Part shown: piece after piece, positions 8,101-15,578 of the stretch | How the letters are laid out: each line of letters opens with the position of its first letter | Numbering within the stretch: position 1 is the stretch's first letter | Origin: Candidatus Uhrbacteria bacterium | Lineage (GTDB): Bacteria > Patescibacteriota > Patescibacteriia > JACQRZ01 | Reading direction: 5' to 3' | Assembly (NCBI GenBank): GCA_016206235.1 | Contig: JACQRZ010000015.1 | Location: 1-32,331, forward strand | DNA: 32,331 nt | Notes under the pieces: model-generated | Databases searched by the model: none | What the model was told of the DNA's origin: nothing | The model's input: the letters and a program-made list of their open reading frames with translations, nothing else | Program-made: the position numbers and the translations under genes

Positions 8101-9712
8101 AGATGTTGTTCAGGTGAGCGGCGAATTCAAGACATTGAAATCTTTCTTAGGGCAAGAGGAGTATCGGCCACCTGTACGAGAGGTTGCGCCACAGACAAGT
8201 GAAGCACGTGTCATACCCAAAGGCGGTGGAGATTCTCTGTCAGCAGCTGCTGAGGCAAAGACTGCCGCTGCAGTTGAGTCACGAGGCGCAACCAGAAGGG
8301 TTGTTGAGGGAAGAGAGCCTGCACAGAGCGGCAAATCCGAGGTAAAAGATGCTTCGAAAGATGGAAAACAAGCTCAAGTAAACGAACAGCAAAAAACTGG
8401 AAAACCAGGAGAGGCGCCAAGAGCAAATCCCGTTGATGCACCGGCGGCAGAAAGCAAGCCGGCAGCTGGCAAGCCAATACTTCAGGTAGATTCAAAAACA
8501 GGTCATCAAACGTTGCAATTTGTGCGAGGTGGAGAAGTGGCAAAACTCGACGTGAGTACTGAAGGCGCAAAGAAATGGGATTTTCATCATTTTGGCCAAG
8601 CATTTGACGCCTATGGTGAAGTGAAGAGTGACCAACAGATGCAACAGCAGCTCCTTTTAGCTCTGGAGACGGCGGCAAAAACGGAAAGTGGCGCAGAACA
8701 TTTTATTCATACATTTCATGAAAAATTAGTAGGTGCGGTAGGCGCAGAGAAGGCAGAAACATTTTGGGATGTTCAGACAGGAGTAAAACATTTTGGACAG
8801 CCTGAAATACTCCATGGCAAGGGCAAAGAAATGTTCAAGGCGGCACTCATGGCAGGAGGTGATCCAAAATACGGCACAACAGTGAGCGAAGCCATGAGGT
8901 TTTTACATGACAAAGGTGCGACAAATATCCATATCCCTAAAGGTATTTTTGGCAGCAATGTTGAACTCACGCTTAATCATAAGATTTTTGACACGCCAAA
9001 AGGCCCCAAAGTGCCCGATACAAAGACACCAGCTGATTCCAAGCCGAGCGGAGATTTTAAGCTTGAAGTAGAGCAGAAGGCGCCAGCCGCTGAAGTTACT
9101 CCTCAAAATCATTGGAAACAAGAGCTTAATCTCAATAACTTTTACGGCGGAAAACTAACCGGAAGTGTTGAATTTATCAAAGAAGGCAATCGTATTGAAG
9201 TTAGGGGGAGTTATCACATGCCGCCGGAGGCATTTAGAGATGGTGGAATTGAAAATCGATTTTTCAAACATCAGCTAAGTAAGAGTGAGTATAGTGAAGT
9301 ACTCATGCAAATGCCGCAGCTCGTGTCAGCAGGTAAGCTTGAGTCAACAAGCACTGACAAACTTTTTGATCAGCTGAGGCTCTACAACCATAAAGCAGCT
9401 ATTAATCTTCGACTTCATGACGAGCTTATGACAATGGGTAAAAAAGAAGAGGCTGCAGCAGTTTTAAGGGATACCAAACAAATGATTCGAGATGTTCATG
9501 GACTTGGCCTTGATAGATACTTGATGAATAGATACAACTTTCCACCAGCATTGCGCCCACCAGATACATTGGGTGATATTGGAAAATCAGTCGATGATAT
9601 TGGAAAGGCAGTTGGTAAGTTTTTTGAAGAAAAGAAGCCAGCGGTTCCGTCTGAGTCATCAGGAAATGCGAATCTTGAAGCACAGCCGAAAGCGCCTATC
9701 CCTGAAAAGTAA
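5132..9712 (+). CDS. Giant (1526 aa) orphan protein with Gly-rich hydrophobic segments, a Pro/Thr linker and five G(W/F)GTG..NP(D/E) modules
   Basis: A single uninterrupted ORF with no N-terminal signal peptide. It has two hydrophobic Gly/Ala-rich stretches (IGFGLMGGAGILGALTGAI; AAVAGAGTAAFFAPEII) and a PT-rich linker at ~6790-6930. The repeat modules are at 6944, 7097, 7280, 7361 and 7436. I recognise no enzymatic motif. Confidence 0.8.
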   Translation: MARVEGQKLRIDEEALRQHRALDKLGVPNPDLSDLERQKPGPEGLFEDAKEAVKTALERMKTIGRVADGMEKSVDATAMLKGIPENIYKGWKFLGDINLYNDYLKRAEEGKGGTSLFEKALFAELIKQNTDTEHKGTYTKEQLQQYLNEHFVESVVLRFLSVRSCIGFGLMGGAGILGALTGAIEGASITKKIVDGVRGGFRATGAVIATHDFKKAYDTQWVVETTEFLELQRDVEDLKAYGKKRGESQDGINEAVEGYLRGEFRAKAEKRGVGLIAAATDAIGKKVTGKEKTEQQLNTDIQKIADKMYKQYRDREKKLEDPKEIQKLYTELNAVAQQWKFGREELPAKDTKAATIQKEGIESRNQTAEKIDALTQEYKQVLGCSFNLESAVDKRLRARKIEHLAAVAGAGTAAFFAPEIIKGLRGGWEFVAGKLWSGAHEQMVEQANPPVAVVESKTISTPKPEINMDLNKHGTGLTYAETAFRQYQANPKVFGGKTPEEVLRYIAHSQVGDRGFAAENQFAKDLHSLKMMPGQTISWNGDSGDYVTFETPKSATPPPTPGPEAAPTPPQTPAPTTQPTSTPFQPAVASGSPTPSPTPDMSGKGWGTGREFTGQNPEVSAVQPEEKGIGRAIRDWWHDLTRDRVSGAKPISSGKGWGTGATYKGINPDYPENVSSSLSSSGSEAVKPRSLSGAEQLAKPTAGFPGETDHSFPDERGFGTGATYKGINPDYPEQIDTRSDFEKGWGTGATYKGLNPEYDTRNDVPDGRGWGTGRTYTGPNPDASNQEAWNEPQKVSVSPEAKTPYGPPVQPEMSKVDPELVKIAVAAEQAHGSTIKVLVEQLDKTGKIDFGKTPARTFMDIERLWSISRLKDPSDFNDFDKMVQRAHKYGFDHLTEKGVHKVDFDGNMTIKEAITKAYSENPQAFGGKNFNQVFHDLARQYGIYPPERLPSETNATYLTRLHAFNAEIQNKIGDIKMPNGQHLYYSSSKEDVVQVSGEFKTLKSFLGQEEYRPPVREVAPQTSEARVIPKGGGDSLSAAAEAKTAAAVESRGATRRVVEGREPAQSGKSEVKDASKDGKQAQVNEQQKTGKPGEAPRANPVDAPAAESKPAAGKPILQVDSKTGHQTLQFVRGGEVAKLDVSTEGAKKWDFHHFGQAFDAYGEVKSDQQMQQQLLLALETAAKTESGAEHFIHTFHEKLVGAVGAEKAETFWDVQTGVKHFGQPEILHGKGKEMFKAALMAGGDPKYGTTVSEAMRFLHDKGATNIHIPKGIFGSNVELTLNHKIFDTPKGPKVPDTKTPADSKPSGDFKLEVEQKAPAAEVTPQNHWKQELNLNNFYGGKLTGSVEFIKEGNRIEVRGSYHMPPEAFRDGGIENRFFKHQLSKSEYSEVLMQMPQLVSAGKLESTSTDKLFDQLRLYNHKAAINLRLHDELMTMGKKEEAAAVLRDTKQMIRDVHGLGLDRYLMNRYNFPPALRPPDTLGDIGKSVDDIGKAVGKFFEEKKPAVPSESSGNANLEAQPKAPIPEK

Positions 9713-9723
9713 ATAGTAGTACT

Positions 9724-9752
9724 AAAAAACAGGGCCTTTAAACCCTGTTTTT
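9724..9752. terminator. Bidirectional intrinsic terminator between convergent genes (giant ORF / rplT)
   Basis: AAAAAACAGGG-cctttaaa-CCCTGTTTTT: a GC-containing stem flanked by an A-run on one side and a T-run on the other. Confidence 0.7.
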
Positions 9753-9760
9753 GTTGTACC

Positions 9761-10111
9761 CTATGAGACGTTCACCTTCTTAACAATCTTTGCAAAGATA
9801 GTTGGGTTTTCTCGGGCGATTTGCGAGAGAATTTTACGGTCAACTTCAACGTTGGCCACTTTGAGCTTATTGATGAACTTTGAGTAGCTCAGGCCAAGCT
9901 CTTTGCAGGCCGCGCTAATCTGTATCTGCCAAAGGCTACGGAACGATCGTTTCTTTGCACGGCGGTCTCGATAGGCATAGGCGCCTGCTTTGAGCATAGC
10001 GGGCCGCGCTAGTTTAATGGTTTTTTTGCGTCCCCATTTGTAGCCCTTTACGGCCTTGAGGAGCTTTTTTCTTTTTTTGAGGTGTAGTGTACCTCGCTTT
10101 ACTCGGGGCAT
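9761..10111 (-). CDS. rplT: 50S ribosomal protein L20
   Basis: 116 aa: MPRVKRGTLHLKKRKKLLKAVKGYKWGRK...AYRDRRAKKRSFRSLWQIQISAA. Confidence 0.97.
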   Translation of the reverse strand: MPRVKRGTLHLKKRKKLLKAVKGYKWGRKKTIKLARPAMLKAGAYAYRDRRAKKRSFRSLWQIQISAACKELGLSYSKFINKLKVANVEVDRKILSQIARENPTIFAKIVKKVNVS

Positions 10112-10122
10112 ACATTTCTTTT

Positions 10123-10202
10123 AGCTTACAGCTTGCGGCTTATAGCTAGCAGCAAGCATTTAATTTTCTTCTGTAAGCTGAAAGCTGAAAGCTATCAGCT
10201 TG
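10123..10202. repeat. Periodic hairpin of the AAGCTGA type, between rpmI stop and rplT start
   Basis: Arm 10123-10153 (AGCTTACAGCTTGCGGCTTATAGCTAGCAGC) faces arm 10171-10202 (CTGTAAGCTGAAAGCTGAAAGCTATCAGCTTG). About 22 of 30 positions are complementary, with AGCT-centred helices. Confidence 0.8.
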
Positions 10203-10203
10203 A

Positions 10204-10401
10204 TTAAAGTTGATTGGTTGCAACACGGACGGTTTTTTGGAGTGTTTTTGAAAGCGAAACATCATGGCGCTTTTTGCGCGTGATTTTGCCTGTGTTTCGT
10301 GAATTAAAATGATCCTGTCCACAGTAGCGTTTGAGCACCTTTTTGGATTTTGTCACTTTAAAACGCTTGACCACTGCTTTAATCGTCTTTAATTTCGACA
10401 T
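10204..10401 (-). CDS. rpmI: 50S ribosomal protein L35
   Basis: MSKLKTIKAVVKRFKVTKSKKVLKRYCGQDHFNSRNTGKITRKKR. I use the ATG at 10399-10401; the 14 extra codons in the ORF track read into the intergenic repeat. Confidence 0.9.
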   Translation of the reverse strand: MSKLKTIKAVVKRFKVTKSKKVLKRYCGQDHFNSRNTGKITRKKRHDVSLSKTLQKTVRVATNQL

Positions 10402-10410
10402 ATCTTTTGA

Positions 10411-10497
10411 TATTAACAATGTAACCATATAACAATATAACATTCTATTCTAAAAGAAGTTTTTATTGCTATATTGTTAAATTGCTAAATTGTTACA
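10411..10497. repeat. Periodic hairpin of the TAACAAT/ATTGTTA type, between infC stop and rpmI start
   Basis: Arm ~10413-10442 (TTAACAATGTAACCATATAACAATATAACA) faces arm 10463-10497 (TTATTGCTATATTGTTAAATTGCTAAATTGTTACAG). Confidence 0.75.
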
Positions 10498-10499
10498 GT

Positions 10500-11057
10500 T
10501 TATGATTTTTTTGAACCTATAATGACGTTCAGTCGTCCGCCCTGCATACTGATTGGACTCTCCATGTTTGCCGGTACACCCTCTTCTTCTAATCGCTTCA
10601 CAAATTGGCTCATGATATCACGGGCGAGATTGGTATGTTGCCGTTCTCGTCCTCGAAGCACCATTTCCAGCTTTACCTTATCATTACCCTCTAAAAATTT
10701 TTTTGCCTGGGCAATGCGCACCTCTAAATCATGCTGGCCAATACGCAAAGAGATGCGCAAGCCTTTTACTTCAGTCTTTTTTTGGCGAGCCCGTGCCTTC
10801 CGAAGTTCTTTTTCCAGTGTGTATTTCAACTTGCCGTAATCCATGATTTTACACACGGGAGGAACTGCTTTTGGCTCAATTTCTACCAAGTCTGATTCCA
10901 CCTCTTGTGCGCGTTGCAGAGCCTCTTCAAGAGGCACAACGCCAACATGCTCGTTGTTTTCATCGAGAAGGCGCACTTCTAGAGCAGTAATTGCTCTATT
11001 GGTGCGATAGGTGCGTGTTGGTGCCTGCGTTGGTGCGCGGCGGAAATTTTTTCGCAT
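10500..11057 (-). CDS. infC: Translation initiation factor IF-3
   Basis: 185 aa: INRAITALEVRLLDENNEHVGVV, plus the C-domain. It sits in the canonical infC-rpmI-rplT order. Confidence 0.95.
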   Translation of the reverse strand: MRKNFRRAPTQAPTRTYRTNRAITALEVRLLDENNEHVGVVPLEEALQRAQEVESDLVEIEPKAVPPVCKIMDYGKLKYTLEKELRKARARQKKTEVKGLRISLRIGQHDLEVRIAQAKKFLEGNDKVKLEMVLRGRERQHTNLARDIMSQFVKRLEEEGVPANMESPISMQGGRLNVIIGSKKS

Positions 11058-11069
11058 TAATCTTTTATA

Positions 11070-11390
11070 TTATTTACTTACTTTTTTCCAGATACCTAGA
11101 ATTAAATTCATTTTCTTTTTTGTTGTCCAGCCTTTGATCTGCTTTTCTCGTCTTCGAGACTCGAGAAGTGTATCATATGTCTCAAAGTAAACAAGCCATG
11201 CAGGCAGTCGGTTTTTTGTCCAAATTGCGGCCGCGCCGGAGTTATGTTTATTTATTCTTTCTTTTAAATTGCTGGTTGATCCGCAGTATAAACTACCGTC
11301 ACTGCAGTTTAATAAATAAACATAAAATTGATTTTGCCCTTCGATAAACTCAGGACATTCGACTTCTTGAAAGCAATATTTTTCAAGCAT
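11070..11390 (-). CDS. GIY-YIG nuclease family protein (UPF0213/YhbQ-like)
   Basis: 106 aa: FYVYLLNCSDGSLYCGSTSNLKERINKHNSG...WLVYFETYDTLLESRRREKQIKGW. Confidence 0.85.
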   Translation of the reverse strand: MLEKYCFQEVECPEFIEGQNQFYVYLLNCSDGSLYCGSTSNLKERINKHNSGAAAIWTKNRLPAWLVYFETYDTLLESRRREKQIKGWTTKKKMNLILGIWKKVSK

Positions 11391-11540
11391 AGAAGGTCAA
11401 AGACCATGTCTTCGATTCCATTCGACATGCTCATGGCCTGAGTTTATTGAGGGCTGAGGGATGAGTCCTCTCTTCGAGCCTGAGTCTCAGAGCCGAAGGC
11501 AGGCTCAGACTCGAAGAGAGCCCTTCGATTCGCTTTTAGT

Positions 11541-11561
11541 TTTAAAATGGCCAAAGGCCAT
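11541..11561 (-). terminator. Candidate terminator just 3' of the tmRNA
   Basis: In the minus sense, ATGGCC-ttt-GGCCAT (plus 11547-11561) is followed by TTTAAAA. The stem is short (6 bp) and the U-tract is weak. Confidence 0.4.
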
Positions 11562-11582
11562 GAGCGAGCGTAGCGAGTCGAA

Positions 11583-11982
11583 TGGAGATGGCGGGAGTTG
11601 AACCCGCGTCTGGAAAGCAACAAAAATCGAATGTACAAGCGTAGCCGATCGTTGCATACAATAAAAGGGTACAGAGATCGGCGTCCATCCTTTTATCGCG
11701 GCTTACGGTATGCCAATGATGATCCAGTAAGCCAAAAGACCATCAATGTCCTGAAGATATGACACCCGTTCTTTTCTATCAGGAGTCAAAAAGACAGATG
11801 GCAGCGGCTTAGATTAAGCAGCTACAGTCGCAAAGCTTGGGACAAGGTTTGAAGCCAAGACTCTCGCTTTGCTTACAAATGTGTTGACATTTGAATGGTT
11901 CTTACCAGTTTTTTCGAGTCTAGGTAAGCTGCTCGGCTTGAACGATTGTTGTTGGATCTTCCCATCAAAGCCCAGCATCCCC
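11583..11982 (-). ncRNA. ssrA: tmRNA (transfer-messenger RNA), 400 nt, CCA not encoded
   Basis: - **5' end (minus sense):** GGGGATGCTGGGCTTTGATGGGAAGATCC...
- **3' end:** ...GCGGGTTCAACTCCCGCCATCTCCA.
- **Acceptor stem:** GGGGAUG pairs with CAUCUCC, giving the alanine-identity G3:U70 pair with an A73 discriminator.
- **T-arm:** GCGGG-UUCAACU-CCCGC.
- **Tag frame:** an internal frame ends ...SNLVPSFATVAA-TAA (stop at 11814-11816). A possible resume codon is GCG at 11865-11867, giving ARVLASNLVPSFATVAA, but the resume point is uncertain.
- **Context:** smpB lies immediately upstream. Confidence 0.93.
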
Positions 11983-12132
11983 GTTCGACTCAGTTTGTCT
12001 TTCGACAAACTTCGCTCACGACCTTCGGCCAGTCAAACTGAGTCGAACGTCTTGAGCGAACGAAGTGAGTCGAAAGGCCAATGGTCTTTGGCCAAGCCGA
12101 ATCGAATGAGTCCTGAGCCTGTCGAAGGGCCA

Positions 12133-12579
12133 TTACTTCCTTTTCAACTCTTCACGTATCTGTCGTTCGACGTCTCTTTTCTTCATGATCTCGCGCTTCT
12201 CGAACTGTTTTTTTCCGCGTCCGAGACCTAAAACTACTTTTAATCTTGTTTTCGTAGTATACACTCTCAGGGGTAGTAATGTCAAGCCTTTGACATTGAG
12301 TTTTCCTTTTAATCTTGCTATTTCTTTCTTTTTTAGGAGAAGTTTCCTGCTACGACTTGGGTCGTAGCTTTGATCCGGTTTTGCGAACGTATACGGGGAA
12401 ATGTGGGTATTCAGCAAAAAGAGCTCATTATCTTTAAAGGCGGCAAAGCTCCCTTTAAGGTTGATATGCCCATTCCGCGCCGATTTGACCTCTGGGCCAG
12501 TCAGCATCAAGCCAGCCTCGTAGTCTTCGAGGATTTCGTAGTCGTAGGTCGCTCGCTTGTTAATTGCAATTATGGGCAT
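12133..12579 (-). CDS. smpB: SsrA-binding protein SmpB
   Basis: 148 aa: INKRATYDYEILEDYEAGLMLTGPEVKSARNGHINLKGSFA...LLLKKKEI. It is adjacent to the tmRNA. Confidence 0.95.
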   Translation of the reverse strand: MPIIAINKRATYDYEILEDYEAGLMLTGPEVKSARNGHINLKGSFAAFKDNELFLLNTHISPYTFAKPDQSYDPSRSRKLLLKKKEIARLKGKLNVKGLTLLPLRVYTTKTRLKVVLGLGRGKKQFEKREIMKKRDVERQIREELKRK

Positions 12580-12621
12580 AATTGTCTATAATTATAATAT
12601 CCTAAACATATTTGGTCTACC

Positions 12622-13674
12622 ATGCACGGCGACCGAACGATTACAACCATCAATATTTCGACCCTTTCGTTTATTAAAGTCCTTATTATTTTGGGCGTTT
12701 TGGCGTCGTTCTATATTCTTCGCGATGTTCTCGCGATTATTTTTATTGCACTGATTCTTTCGTCGGCAATGGGTCCTTGGGTTACCAGTCTCGAGCGAAA
12801 AGGACTGCCGCGCATGCTAGGTATTTTGTTGATTTATCTTTTGATGATTTCGGGTTTTGGGCTCGTCGTTTTATTGATTATTCCGCCTATGACCTATGAA
12901 TTCAATCTTTTGGCTCAACAGTTTCCATTCTACGCCGAACGTATGCTGCAGCTCCTTCGCGACCTTAATTCCGACTATAATCTTGTTCAGCAGTTTAAAG
13001 ATTCTATCCAATCAATCCAGTCAGGGCTCGTTGATGTTGCGAGTAACGTATTTAGCAAATTGTACGATTTTGTGAGGGGATTTGTTGCTTTTATCGCGAT
13101 CTTTGTCGTAACGTTTTATATTATTGCTGAAGAAACAGCACTGCGAAAGTTAGTACATACGGTCGTTCCCGTGAAGTATCAGCCATATCTCGAAGATGTG
13201 ATCGGACGGATCCAGGGAAAGATTGGGCAGTGGCTTCGAGGGCAGATGATTTTGTGCTTTATAATTTTCACTCTTACGTTTATCGGCCTTTCGATTTTAG
13301 GCGTTAACTATGTATTGCTCTTGGCAATACTCGCCGGTATTTTGGAGTTTATTCCTGTCATTGGTCCAACGATAGCTGCAATACCCGCCTTATTTGTTGC
13401 TTTTAGCCAGTCGCCCATATTAGCTTTTTGGGTGCTTTTGCTCTATATCCTCATTCAGCAACTGGAAAATCATCTTCTGGTACCGCGTATTATGGAGCGA
13501 ACCGTTGGAATCAATCCATTGATTAGTATTATCGCTCTCTTGATAGGCGCTGAAATCGCTGGTATTATCGGCGTTCTCCTTGCGATTCCTGTTGCCACAA
13601 TCGTTATCATTATTATCCAGGACTTCATAGGTCCTGGTCGCGAAGATACACATTCCCTCGCTGTTGAAAACTGA
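12622..13674 (+). CDS. AI-2E family transporter (PerM/YhhT-like permease)
   Basis: 350 aa and polytopic. The C-terminal signature EFIPVIGPTIAAIPALFVAF...LENHLLVPRIM is typical of the family. Confidence 0.85.
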   Translation: MHGDRTITTINISTLSFIKVLIILGVLASFYILRDVLAIIFIALILSSAMGPWVTSLERKGLPRMLGILLIYLLMISGFGLVVLLIIPPMTYEFNLLAQQFPFYAERMLQLLRDLNSDYNLVQQFKDSIQSIQSGLVDVASNVFSKLYDFVRGFVAFIAIFVVTFYIIAEETALRKLVHTVVPVKYQPYLEDVIGRIQGKIGQWLRGQMILCFIIFTLTFIGLSILGVNYVLLLAILAGILEFIPVIGPTIAAIPALFVAFSQSPILAFWVLLLYILIQQLENHLLVPRIMERTVGINPLISIIALLIGAEIAGIIGVLLAIPVATIVIIIIQDFIGPGREDTHSLAVEN

Positions 13675-13807
13675 TAAGATGATATGGTAGAGTTTAGGGG
13701 TTGATTTTTTGTATCTATTTGTTAGGATAGCATCCTTGCTTTTTTGTTTATATTCACAAGGCAAGCCCTAAATTGTAACACTTTTCTCATCAATTTCGTC
13801 TTATTAC

Positions 13808-14365
13808 ATGCGAACCCACTTTAACGAAAAGATCCTTTTGTACAAGGTTCGTAAGGGAGATGCCGAAAGTTTCGGTCCGATTTTCGATCATTATCACGAA
13901 AAGATCTATCGGTTCATCTACCTCAAAGTGCCGACCGGACAGGACGCGGAGGATATAACAGCCGAAACATTCCTCAAGGCATGGCAGTACCTTAAAGAAC
14001 AAAAAAAGATTTCATCACTCCAGGCGTTTTTGTACCAGATCGCGCGCAATCTTGTCATCGACTTTTACCGCAAGCGCGGAACAGTTATTGAGTCGATCGA
14101 TGAGCAGGAAATTGTGATTGCCGATAGGGGAGATCTTACGCTTGAAGAGAAGGTGATGCTCAAAAGCGACATGGTCCAGATCGAAGCGGGATTGCGGCAA
14201 CTCAAAGATGCCTACCGCGAAGTGATCGCCCTGCACTACCTCAACGAGCTCTCTCTCGCAGAAACGGGAAACGTTATCGGCAAGTCTCATGGAGCAACGC
14301 GCGTGCTTCTGCATCGCGGAATGAAGGCGCTCAAACAAATACTTGCAGAAACGAAACAGAAATAA
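13808..14365 (+). CDS. ECF-type RNA polymerase sigma factor (sigma-70 regions 2 and 4 only)
   Basis: 185 aa. Region 2: FGPIFDHYHEKIYRFIYLKV...DAEDITAETFLKAW. Region 4: REVIALHYLNELSLAETGNVIGKSHGATRVLLHRGMKALK. Confidence 0.9.
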   Translation: MRTHFNEKILLYKVRKGDAESFGPIFDHYHEKIYRFIYLKVPTGQDAEDITAETFLKAWQYLKEQKKISSLQAFLYQIARNLVIDFYRKRGTVIESIDEQEIVIADRGDLTLEEKVMLKSDMVQIEAGLRQLKDAYREVIALHYLNELSLAETGNVIGKSHGATRVLLHRGMKALKQILAETKQK

Positions 14366-14370
14366 ATATC

Positions 14371-14463
14371 AAATACCCAATATCCAATATCCAATTAATT
14401 CCAAAACTTTAAAAACTTATAAAAAGTTATTTGGAAATTGGGAATTAGGAATTGGTTATTTTT
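14371..14463. repeat. Periodic hairpin (CCAATAT units vs GGAATTR units) between the sigma stop and the next start
   Basis: Arm 14371-14405 (AAATACCCAATATCCAATATCCAATTAATTCCAAA) faces arm ~14429-14463 (ATTTGGAAATTGGGAATTAGGAATTGGTTATTT). There is also an inner AACTTT/AAAGTT stem. Confidence 0.7.
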
Positions 14464-14469
14464 TTAACT

Positions 14470-15498
14470 ATGTCCAAGACAGTAAAACAATTAAAACTAC
14501 TTCGATCGATTAAACCGAGTAAAGAGTGGAGTGTCACAACTCGGGATCTTTTGCTGTCTCAGATTCAGTCGCAAGGCGTTTCACAAGCTCCCTCAAAGAT
14601 GGCGGGGTTTGTTGCGTATGCGGGCGATACCTTTGCTACAGTCTATGAAAGTACGTTCGGCATTCTTTTTGCACGGCCATTACGTCTTATGGCTGCTTTG
14701 GCGGTGTTTGTTGCAGGCAGTTCATCAGCAGTTATTTTTGCGCAAGGCAGTACGCCAGGCGATCCATTGTACAGCGTAAAGCAAACCAAGGAGCAGATTC
14801 AGGTAGCATTCGCGCCGAACCCCGAAAATAGAGCACAGCTTGAAGTCTCTCTTGTTGACGAACGTTTTTCTGAACTCAAGGTAGTCTCAGGGAAAGAGCT
14901 TTCTCAAGAGGTAAAAAACGAACAGACAGGAGCCTTGGTAAGTGAGGTCGCTAAAAAGCTTTCAAGCGTAACCAAGAGTCTGGACTCAATTAAGCATACG
15001 AGCGAGCCAAAAAAAGCAGCTGAAATTGCAGGATATGTAAGTAAAAAGGCAGAGGAGTATCAGAAAGCTCTTGCCGCATCAACAGGAGATGCCTCGCACT
15101 CTCAGAAGGTCGCTCAAGCAATCACTAAGATTGATGAAACAAAAACAAAAGCCCTTGAAGTGATTGTCGAAAAACAAGATTCAGCAGGTATTCCTGACGA
15201 GGAGGTCGCCTTGCAACTTGCAAACACCATTAAAGAAACCCAAGACACGGTTCAAAAGATCAGGGTTTCTATTGCTGCTCTTGAAGACGAGGCGCAAGAA
15301 CTAGTGGCAAAACAGCAAGAAGCCGTTAAGGTATTGGCAGAAGCAGAAGGGCTTTTGGCAAAGAAAGAGTTTAAAGTCATCCTTTTTAAGCTGAATCAAT
15401 CAAAGGGTATTGTGAGTGAATTGAACAAAAAAATTCAAACAAAACAAACAGAAACAAAGAAAAATTCAGATGGACAAGATAAGGTGAGGGCGTTCTAA
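14470..15498 (+). CDS. Single-pass membrane protein, candidate anti-sigma partner (DUF5667-like coiled-coil ectodomain)
   Basis: Start taken at the ATG at 14470 (the track's TTG at 14452 reads through the repeat). It has a short cytoplasmic N-terminus, a TM segment LRLMAALAVFVAGSSSAVIFA, then DPLYSVKQTKEQIQVAF and a long Lys/Glu/Ala-rich helical region. It sits directly after an ECF sigma. I recall this arrangement as typical of CPR genomes. Confidence 0.7.
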   Translation: MSKTVKQLKLLRSIKPSKEWSVTTRDLLLSQIQSQGVSQAPSKMAGFVAYAGDTFATVYESTFGILFARPLRLMAALAVFVAGSSSAVIFAQGSTPGDPLYSVKQTKEQIQVAFAPNPENRAQLEVSLVDERFSELKVVSGKELSQEVKNEQTGALVSEVAKKLSSVTKSLDSIKHTSEPKKAAEIAGYVSKKAEEYQKALAASTGDASHSQKVAQAITKIDETKTKALEVIVEKQDSAGIPDEEVALQLANTIKETQDTVQKIRVSIAALEDEAQELVAKQQEAVKVLAEAEGLLAKKEFKVILFKLNQSKGIVSELNKKIQTKQTETKKNSDGQDKVRAF

Positions 15499-15578
15499 AC
15501 AGCTTGTAGTTGGTAGCTTTTAGTTTGTAGAAGCGAGTAAGGTTAGTCCTGCAAGCTGCAAGCTGGAAGCTGACAGCT
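15499..15578. repeat. Periodic hairpin of the GCAAGCT type, downstream of the 14470-15498 CDS
   Basis: Arm 15499-15530 faces arm 15549-15578 (CTGCAAGCTGCAAGCTGGAAGCTGACAGCT). There are 15 Watson-Crick pairs plus 6 T:G positions, which become G:U only in the plus-sense RNA. Confidence 0.8.

Noticed and set aside
5014-9683. Numerous 60-155 aa ORFs overlapping the 5132-9712 gene in other frames
   Set aside because: All are nested within a single 4.6-kb uninterrupted frame with coherent repeat and domain structure, and their translations are featureless.
10402-10443. The 79-aa version of rpmI starting at 10443
   Set aside because: The extra 14 residues (MLYCYMVTLLISKD) are encoded by the TAACAAT repeat arm. 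The ATG at 10401 gives a canonical L35 N-terminus (MSKLKT.KA..KRFK).
11444-12231. ORFs 11444-11638, 11814-12008 and 11869-12231 as protein genes
   Set aside because: They overlap the tmRNA gene and its structured flanks. Only the last ~17-30 codons of the 11814-12008 frame are meaningful, as the tmRNA tag reading frame.
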